DNA of 12,419 bases from Promethearchaeota archaeon. Lineage in GTDB: Archaea > Asgardarchaeota > Thorarchaeia > Thorarchaeales > Thorarchaeaceae. A model generated the notes under the pieces. That model was not told the origin of the DNA, made no database searches, and saw only the letters and a list, made by a program, of their open reading frames with translations. The translations under genes were made by a program, and so were the position numbers. Below, piece by piece: positions 6,608 through 12,419 of the stretch; within the stretch, counting starts at the first letter, position 1, and every line of letters begins with the position of its first letter. The DNA lies in contig JALVPN010000130.1 in the NCBI GenBank assembly GCA_027031765.1, positions 1-12,419 on the forward strand, read 5' to 3'.

Positions 6608-7449
6608 GTGACCCGTGTTGTCCCTTCCGGCTCGTCCTTGTCCCCCGTTTCCTCCTCTGCTGGGTGCTCACGTCTGTACTCGGTGAAGAGCACCCTCTTG
6701 GCTGATGCAACAGTCTTTGGCCCAATGCCCGCGACCTGCGTCCAGTCGTCGGTACTCGTGATTGCCTCTATTGGTGACCCGAAGTGGTCCAGCAGTGCCC
6801 GGGCCCTCACAACGTTGATACCGGGCAGGCCCGCAATGAAGAACTCCTGCTCCTCCGCAGTCGATGCCAGTCCTTTCCGCGTCCTTATCGTGGGTAGCCT
6901 CTTTGGGCCCGCATGTTGTGTGTCCTGTCCTGTGAGGAGGGCGAACAGTAGGCCTGCTGAGTGTAGAGCGTTGAACCCCTCAATGACCTCCACACCCCTC
7001 TCTCGGACGCTGTCCAGCAGGGCGTCTAGGGCACTGGGGTGAATATAGAGGGCGTGCTCCAGTGTGACAAAGTACTTCTGTTTCGTCTGCTTGGTGCTGA
7101 AGGGCACATAGATACAGCCCTTCATCGGGTCCCGCCTGATTGCCAAGAGGTTCTCCACAAGCAGGTATGGCCGCTCGTACTGGAGAAGTCCTTCCAGCTG
7201 CCGTGTGAGGCGTGGCACTCCGGATGTGCTGCCCCTGAGGGTCCCGACAAGGTCATTCACAGTCTTCCTCTCGATAGCGACCCCATCAGGGCCGAGGATG
7301 TCACCCACAGGTATCGTCTGGACGGCGTACTGGACACCGTTCTTCTCCAACAGCTCGATGAGGTGGTGTACTGCGTTCTTCCTCCTCCCCATGGTCTCGT
7401 GGGAGTCGATGAGAATCTCGGGGACATTCCCGAACAGGTCCATTTGCAT
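6586..7449 (-). CDS. Short XPF/ERCC4-family structure-specific nuclease (ERCC4 + tandem HhH, no helicase domain)
   Basis: ILIDSHE; GDIL..DGVAIERKTVNDL matches the GDX(n)ERKXXXD catalytic motif; RL.RQ..L...YERP.LLVE; C-terminal GLPGINVVRARALLDHFGS and V.GIGPKT HhH motifs. Start is ATG 7449 (GAGGG 7 nt upstream) or GTG 7467 (overlapping the upstream stop). Confidence 0.9.
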   Translation of the reverse strand: MQMDLFGNVPEILIDSHETMGRRKNAVHHLIELLEKNGVQYAVQTIPVGDILGPDGVAIERKTVNDLVGTLRGSTSGVPRLTRQLEGLLQYERPYLLVENLLAIRRDPMKGCIYVPFSTKQTKQKYFVTLEHALYIHPSALDALLDSVRERGVEVIEGFNALHSAGLLFALLTGQDTQHAGPKRLPTIRTRKGLASTAEEQEFFIAGLPGINVVRARALLDHFGSPIEAITSTDDWTQVAGIGPKTVASAKRVLFTEYRREHPAEEETGDKDEPEGTTRVTEDSRET

Positions 7450-7459
7450 GTCCGAGCCC

Positions 7460-8098
7460 TCAGTCACTGTTGAAGAGCGTCATGACAGCCGCCATCGACA
7501 CCTCACGTGCAAGGTTCCGGTCGTCCGCTGTCCCGAGGACAACAACGTCCCCCTCTTCCGGTCTGAGGCTCTCAAGTATGAGCAGTCCTTCTTCAGGGTA
7601 CTCGCGCAGGACATTGAACTCGTCTGGCGGCATGTTGAGCGTGCCGTGTCTGTAGACTAGGGTGCTTGCCCCGGCCTGACCATAGCCGCCTTGGATTATC
7701 GCCTCGTCCCGTTGACGGATGCCATCTGTAATCCTGTCGGCGCGTTTCCTGACGAGGTTGGCATATGCGTGCCTGTAAATCACCAGGTGTGGTACATCGA
7801 GGAAGAGGCCGAGGGGTACGTCCTCACAGACACTTGCGAACAGCGCCTCCCCCTTCTCGGTGAGCCGCTGGCCCTGGCGGCCGTCAGCACAGATGAGCCC
7901 TGCCTCTGTGAGCCTCCGGAGCAGCGTCCTTGCGCTACCCTCTCCTATCGACATGTTGTCACAGAGCTCGTATCTCCCCAGCGGCTGTTCACGTCCAATC
8001 ATCAGGAGTGCCACAGCTGCATGGTGTGGTCGGAACGCGGGCGCCACCCTCTTTGTGGCTGGCTCGGCAAGCTTGACAAAGGCCTCTTTCCAGTGCAC
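7460..8098 (-). CDS. Winged-HTH protein, DUF4443/DUF2111-like (putative regulator)
   Basis: PLGRYELCDNMSIGEGSARTLLRRL.EAGLI is an archaeal wHTH of the GR..La..hghGEGS.RThL..L type. C-terminal G.RQRDEAI..G..GA.TL segment recalls DUF4443. Confidence 0.7.
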   Translation of the reverse strand: MHWKEAFVKLAEPATKRVAPAFRPHHAAVALLMIGREQPLGRYELCDNMSIGEGSARTLLRRLTEAGLICADGRQGQRLTEKGEALFASVCEDVPLGLFLDVPHLVIYRHAYANLVRKRADRITDGIRQRDEAIIQGGYGQAGASTLVYRHGTLNMPPDEFNVLREYPEEGLLILESLRPEEGDVVVLGTADDRNLAREVSMAAVMTLFNSD

Positions 8099-8135
8099 CG
8101 GTACTCACGTCTCGTCACGTTGTGTCCACCGCTTT

Positions 8136-8744
8136 TTACTCTTCGCAACGGCCGCACATACCTGTCCCATCACTTCTGCCGGTCACCATGAGGACCTCGG
8201 AGATTGCCCTGCTCACACGGGGGACGACACCCGGGAAGAGGACCGTGTTCGAGACCACATGTACGACCATGAACGGGAGGCCTGCCGCCAGTGCAACAGG
8301 ATACGGTACTGAGAACGCCCACGAAAACCCGATGTTAGTGAGGAGGTCGTAGAACACAGTGGTCGTGAGTCCGAGGGCCGCGAGCTCCGTGGTGCTGCTA
8401 CCACTGTTCTCCACTGTATCGTTGAGACCACGGCCCTGACCGGCGATATGCCCCGTCCCTACAGTGAACAGCCACCCGCCCACCTGAGTGACCAGGATCT
8501 GCGGGATCATGGCACCCCATGGGTTGAGCGTCCCGTACACGACGGACACGATGACGACGCACAGCACCCCGACTTGGAGCCCAAAGACATACGCGGTGGT
8601 GAATAGGACTACTGTCCCGAGTTCCACATTGGGCACTGGCGAGAGGACATACATTCCCACGAGGGCCAGGGCAGACATGAGGGCCACGATGGAAACCCGG
8701 CGACTGGTCGGCGCCCTGCCATCATGCCCCATCATGTCCATCAC
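8136..8744 (-). CDS. ECF transporter S component, CbrT-like (possible cobalamin specificity)
   Basis: About 5-6 hydrophobic helices; ALMSALA (AxxxA) in helix 1; PVPNVE..T..LF...YVFG motif; C-terminal G(L)PF..H..SN. These are typical of S components, and PN-x-x resembles CbrT. The exact start among GTG 8744 and nearby ATGs is uncertain. Confidence 0.8.
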   Translation of the reverse strand: MMDMMGHDGRAPTSRRVSIVALMSALALVGMYVLSPVPNVELGTVVLFTTAYVFGLQVGVLCVVIVSVVYGTLNPWGAMIPQILVTQVGGWLFTVGTGHIAGQGRGLNDTVENSGSSTTELAALGLTTTVFYDLLTNIGFSWAFSVPYPVALAAGLPFMVVHVVSNTVLFPGVVPRVSRAISEVLMVTGRSDGTGMCGRCEE

Positions 8745-8745
8745 C

Positions 8746-9519
8746 CTACTTACGCTTCCTGACCACTGCTGCGACCACGACGACGAACACCACGGCCCCC
8801 ACTACGCCCGCTACGTACGGTGCCACGCCCCAGATGTCCTGCTGGTATGGTAGGCTCACCGCCTTGAGCTCTAGCTCAAGGTGATAGGGTATCCCAAATG
8901 AGTAGCTCGTGTTCGCCCGTACGAGTATCCCAGTGACCGTGTCATATGCAAGGTAGGTCTGCTGGGGCTCGCCAAAGCCCATGTTGTCCTGTTGGTACTC
9001 AAAGACAATGCACTGGAAGGTCCCGGCTGCAACGGTCAGGGCCTCGGTCCTCGTTGTCATTGTGCCGTTCATGTAGTTGCCACTGACACGTGCTGCGGCA
9101 CGGTGGGCAGACTCGTTCAGTGCCGCGAGAGCGCCCCCCTGTGTCGGTATCACGAGGCCCGGTGTCCATGCGTGTTCACCGTATACTCCCACACTCAGGG
9201 TCAGGTCTCTGGCTATATCATCATCATGCGCCGTCCAGGTCGCGTTCCCGAGTGTGACGACCCCCTGTACGTCCTCGTCCACCTCCGTGATGTTGAACGT
9301 CATTGTGCTCCCGGCCTCGGCAAGCCAGCGCCCACTGCCAGAGAAGTAGAGCTGGAATGCCACATCGGGGGTGCTCAGTACATCCCATGTGATCACCGTG
9401 TGCCCCTCTGACGGCATGAGGACCGGTGTGTTGTACCCGGTCTGGGCCATGACCCCTACCGGAAGTGACAGTATCACCGTCAGTGTAAGAGCACTGCATA
9501 CAACATACTTGACCCGCAT
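8746..9519 (-). CDS. Secreted/surface protein with C-terminal membrane anchor, function unknown
   Basis: N-terminal signal-like segment (MRVKYVVCSALTLTVILSLPVGVMA), beta-rich body with TVAAGTFQC..YDTVTGILVRA, and C-terminal hydrophobic helix followed by RKRK. The start overlaps the upstream stop (TGATG). Confidence 0.8.
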   Translation of the reverse strand: MRVKYVVCSALTLTVILSLPVGVMAQTGYNTPVLMPSEGHTVITWDVLSTPDVAFQLYFSGSGRWLAEAGSTMTFNITEVDEDVQGVVTLGNATWTAHDDDIARDLTLSVGVYGEHAWTPGLVIPTQGGALAALNESAHRAAARVSGNYMNGTMTTRTEALTVAAGTFQCIVFEYQQDNMGFGEPQQTYLAYDTVTGILVRANTSYSFGIPYHLELELKAVSLPYQQDIWGVAPYVAGVVGAVVFVVVVAAVVRKRK

Positions 9520-10040
9520 CAACTCAATGTCTTCCTCCTATTAAGGTAGTATCCTGCAAGGACAATGCCCCCGGCCGCAACAGTCCCGATGGCATACCAC
9601 AGGAGCATCGGGTCTGGGCTACTCCCTGTGCCTGTTGGCTGCGTCCCCTGCTGTGACGGCCCTCTCACCCACTCGATGGTGTCGCTGTCATTCAGACTGT
9701 ACTTGTTCGCTGCGACCGACGCGTAGTCGCCGTTCACCCAGTACTGCCACCACAGGTCTCTGTCACCGTCGTTGGCTACCCCATCTATGGCCGTCACAAA
9801 GGCCAGGTTTCCGTACCATGCGACCTCCACATCAGCTACGGTCATGGTGGCACTGAGCACATTGTCGGCGGTGACATTGTCGTAGCTGCGCACCGTGCCG
9901 TTGCCGTAGTCAATGACGACTCCGATGCCAAAAGCTGCAGTCGCCATACTCTGCTGCCCAATGGGGCCGTGTACTGTGCTGCCCGTCCCCAACGCGAGGG
10001 CTACCAGACAGAGCAGCCATGTGGACCGCAACCAGTACAC
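9519..10040 (-). CDS. Membrane-anchored DUF4430 (transcobalamin beta-domain-like) protein
   Basis: Signal-like N-terminus; V.IDYGNG, FVTAIDG, WWQYWVNG..ASVAA.KY.L.D.D.IEW match the DUF4430 pattern; Ser/Thr/Gly/Gln linker; C-terminal TM followed by NRRK. GTG start with GGGGTGA SD; CTTAAAT about 50 nt upstream. Confidence 0.85.
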   Translation of the reverse strand: MYWLRSTWLLCLVALALGTGSTVHGPIGQQSMATAAFGIGVVIDYGNGTVRSYDNVTADNVLSATMTVADVEVAWYGNLAFVTAIDGVANDGDRDLWWQYWVNGDYASVAANKYSLNDSDTIEWVRGPSQQGTQPTGTGSSPDPMLLWYAIGTVAAGGIVLAGYYLNRRKTLS

Positions 10041-10330
10041 TCCAGTTCACCCCTATAGGATATGTTGACCTACGATGGTCAAGTGGTGGATTTAAGTCTT
10101 GTTGAATGTGCGCCGCCCGCACACCCGACGTGGTGCGTGCCATCGTGGTCTATTGGTGGTCTTGTCTGAGATGTTGAGGGCTGCACCCCGTCAGTCCCCC
10201 ATGAGCAGAGTGAGATGTGCTGGCTAGGGCACTCATAGTGGGCCAGCGAGGCCGTGTGCCCCACCATGATGCCTGCGGAGAGCAAAGACATAAAGGGGAT
10301 GGAGACTGGGGGCCTCTGGTGGTCGACTAC

Positions 10331-10972
10331 TTGGCGAGCACGGACAGTCCTCCCAAGCGCGGTATGCTGGTTGTCTTCGAGGGTATTGACGGTGCCGGGA
10401 AGACCACGGTCTGCAACATACTGGCAGAACGGCTCAGAGGGGCCGGTCATGATGTTGTGGTGCTCCGAGAGCCGACGAAAGAGAGCCCGTGGGGACGGGA
10501 GATAATCGAGCGCTCGCCGTGGGGTGAGCTCACGCCCGAAGAGGAGCTGCAGCTGTTCATGCGCGACCGCCGGTGGAACGTGGAGAACCGTATCCTGCCC
10601 GCACTGGGAGAGGGAAAGGTCGTACTGCTTGACCGGTACTTCTTTGCTACCGGGGCCTACCAGAGTGTCAGCACCAAGGTCTCATGGGCAGAAATACTCA
10701 GGATGAACCGTGAGGAGCTCCATGCGCCAGACCCGGACATTGTCTTCCTGCTCGATGTGCCAGTCCAAGTGGGCTTGGAGCGTGCGGTTTCGCGGAAGGG
10801 GGCGACGAACATCCAGTTCGAACGACCGGAGCGCCTTGTGCGGGTGCGGCAGGTGTACCTTGAGATGGCCCGTGAGTACAGTGACTGCTTCCGCGTGGTC
10901 GATGCCACCCGTCCCATTGATGCCGTAGTGGACGAGGTCTTTGATGTCCTCATGGGGCTCATGGGCCAATGA
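10331..10972 (+). CDS. tmk: Thymidylate (dTMP) kinase
   Basis: VVFEGIDGAGKTT P-loop, REP, LLDRY, YQ, PD.VFLLD. The ORF track start at 10217 looks over-extended; TTG 10331 or ATG 10364 is more plausible. Confidence 0.95.
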   Translation: MASTDSPPKRGMLVVFEGIDGAGKTTVCNILAERLRGAGHDVVVLREPTKESPWGREIIERSPWGELTPEEELQLFMRDRRWNVENRILPALGEGKVVLLDRYFFATGAYQSVSTKVSWAEILRMNREELHAPDPDIVFLLDVPVQVGLERAVSRKGATNIQFERPERLVRVRQVYLEMAREYSDCFRVVDATRPIDAVVDEVFDVLMGLMGQ

Positions 10973-10977
10973 TATCA

Positions 10978-10987
10978 CATATATATG
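10978..10987 (+). promoter_or_regulatory. Putative TATA element (CATATATATG) upstream of the longin-like pair
   Basis: AT-rich palindrome immediately after the tmk stop, about 130 nt before ATG 11116. Confidence 0.4.
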
Positions 10988-11115
10988 CACAAGCGGCCCC
11001 ATTGTTATCGTATTACTGGTCACCCAACAGAGGCGGCCAGCCCATCCCGAATGGTGGCACATTGCCGGCTACACCCGGACTGGACATGACCACCACACCT
11101 TGGAGGGAGTCCCCA

Positions 11116-11520
11116 ATGTCTGTTGCACTGCTCGTGACTGAATTCGAGCCGTCTGTGGGTGCCGTCCTGAAGGCGAAGGCACCCCGCGACTTTGCAGATG
11201 AATACCATGGCGGCCTGATGGCCGAGATAATGCGCGTCTTCGCATTCCATGCGATGGGGGAGGCCTTGGACGAGTCAGCAGTCTTCTCTGCACGCATTGG
11301 CGGTAGAGAGTACTACCTAGCGTCCTACTATACGACCCCGAATGGGACAGGCCCCTATTGCATAATGCTCCTTGTGGAGCCCTCTGAAGACCCGAGGACA
11401 TACCTGTCAGCCTTGAGGTCTGTGGCACCCCGGCTGGTGGATGCTGTCTGTTCGCTGTCCACCAGTGAGATGCACGATGAAGTGGAGAGGGCCTACCAGG
11501 ACATTGTCGCACAGGCGTGA
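11116..11520 (+). CDS. Stand-alone longin/uDENN-like domain protein, 134 aa
   Basis: ATG 11116 has GGAGG 9 nt upstream and aligns with the start of the paralogous domain downstream, so the track start at 10969 looks too long. N-terminal hairpin LLVTEFEPSVGAVLK resembles the F[DH]xxxGP beta1-beta2 motif of uDENN/NPRL2-type longins. Strand-strand-helix order is consistent with longin (YYLASYY, YCIMLLV, then two helices). Confidence 0.6.
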   Translation: MSVALLVTEFEPSVGAVLKAKAPRDFADEYHGGLMAEIMRVFAFHAMGEALDESAVFSARIGGREYYLASYYTTPNGTGPYCIMLLVEPSEDPRTYLSALRSVAPRLVDAVCSLSTSEMHDEVERAYQDIVAQA

Positions 11521-11737
11521 CCCGGGGGCCGTCGCACTGGAGGGGCCTGACGCCCGGGGCCGTGATGTGGGCCCGGATGTGTGTCAGCCCTCTGCTGCTG
11601 CTCGTGGCCCCTTTCACAGTCTAGTTGCGGAGGGTCTAGTGCGAAGGTTTTTTAGTCCCCCGACAGTTTGGCCTGTTTAGACACCACTCAAGCCCTCTCC
11701 AGGCGAAAGACGTCAACTGTCGCCGCCTGCCACGTGA

Positions 11738-12419
11738 ATGACGACTGTGTCTGCGGAGGAATCTATCATTCCTGTTGCAATGCTCCTGATTGACTGGGAT
11801 AGCAAGATTGGTGCGGTCCTCAAGGCCAAGGTGCCTGCCAACTTTGCAGACGAGTACCAGGCAGACCTGAACACCGAGATTATGCGGATTTTCACATCGC
11901 ATGCCATGGGTGATGCAGTCGCTGGGTTCGCGACACTCACAGTCCGCATTGGTACTCAGGACTACTCTGTGGCCTCCTACTATACCGGACAGGTCCGAGA
12001 GGAAGAGCAGTACTGTATCTCCCTCCTACTAGAGCCGTCCGAAGACCCAAAGGCGTACGAGGCCGCTGTCACGTCCGTAGTCGGTCCTCTGGTCAATGCC
12101 GTCGCCTCCATGACAGATGCCGAGCTACAGGAAGAGCTGGAGACCACGTACCGCCGTATCATCCGCCTGGCAGGGATGACCGACGAGTCCAAGCTTGCCA
12201 GACTCTTCGCCGATGAGGTGTCCCGTGCGGTGTTCCCAAAACTGTGGAAGGGCGGCATCACGAAGGAGGCGCTTGAGGAGTGGCTCAAGATGGTCACTGG
12301 CCTCCCGAGCATAAGCGTCGACTCGGTCCTCGCACCGTTCGAGGAGCTCGGGCTGATTAAGACGGAGTGGGTCGACGAGATTGGCCGCACATGCGTCTTC
12401 CTGATAAAGGATCTTGAGG
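11738..12419 (+). CDS. Longin/uDENN-like domain + winged-helix protein, partial (runs off window); not in ORF track
   Basis: Hand translation, open for 227 codons to the edge: MTTVSAEESIIPVAMLLIDWDSKIGAVLKAKVPANFADEY...YCISLLLEPSEDPKAY...GITKEALEEWLKMVTGLPSISVDSVLAPFEELGLIKTEWVDEIGRTCVFLIKDLE. The N-terminal part is a clear paralog of 11116-11520. Confidence 0.8.
   Translation, partial: MTTVSAEESIIPVAMLLIDWDSKIGAVLKAKVPANFADEYQADLNTEIMRIFTSHAMGDAVAGFATLTVRIGTQDYSVASYYTGQVREEEQYCISLLLEPSEDPKAYEAAVTSVVGPLVNAVASMTDAELQEELETTYRRIIRLAGMTDESKLARLFADEVSRAVFPKLWKGGITKEALEEWLKMVTGLPSISVDSVLAPFEELGLIKTEWVDEIGRTCVFLIKDLE

Noticed and set aside
10041-10330. Cobalamin riboswitch upstream of the DUF4430 operon
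   Set aside because: None of the B12-element hallmarks (GGGAA, GCCACTG, AGCCAG..ACCTGC) were seen on the minus strand, and the TATA-like element about 50 nt from the start leaves no room for a long leader.
10969-11115. 49-aa N-terminal extension of the short longin-like protein
   Set aside because: It contains the AT-rich promoter-like tract, has no counterpart in the paralog, and ATG 11116 has a good GGAGG.
11518-11576. GC-rich degenerate repeats (TGACCCGGGGGCCGT / TGACGCCCGGGGCCGT) after the short longin gene
   Set aside because: They are short, imperfect and expected in GC-rich DNA; there is no U-tract or clear stem, so no terminator or element was called.
962-12390. Numerous remaining track ORFs overlapping the called genes on the opposite strand or in other frames
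   Set aside because: They are shadow ORFs typical of high-GC coding DNA, with no motifs and overlapping well-supported genes.

Overview
GC-rich archaeal window, most consistent with an Asgard archaeon (possibly Thorarchaeia). This is an inference from archaeal TATA/SD signals, archaeal-type housekeeping genes and several eukaryotic-signature-like proteins. Gene content: an alpha-SNAP-like helical repeat + PCI-type winged-helix protein; a LolD/MacB-type ABC ATPase with a very small FtsX-like permease; a 55-aa CdrS/CopG-like ribbon-helix-helix protein missed by the ORF track; a Rab-like small GTPase; an M42 (TET) aminopeptidase; myo-inositol-1-phosphate synthase; and thymidylate kinase. A minus-strand run encodes a DUF4430 membrane-anchored protein, an unknown surface protein, an ECF S component (CbrT-like), a DUF4443-like wHTH protein and a short XPF/ERCC4 nuclease. 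At the right end are two tandem paralogous longin/uDENN-like proteins; the second is absent from the ORF track, runs off the window and carries an added winged helix. Non-coding features include 3 perfect 45-bp tandem repeats at the left edge, an (ACAAC)6 microsatellite and several short direct/inverted repeats. No rRNA, tRNA, CRISPR array, riboswitch or mobile element was recognised. All family assignments are by-eye motif recognition; no searches were run.
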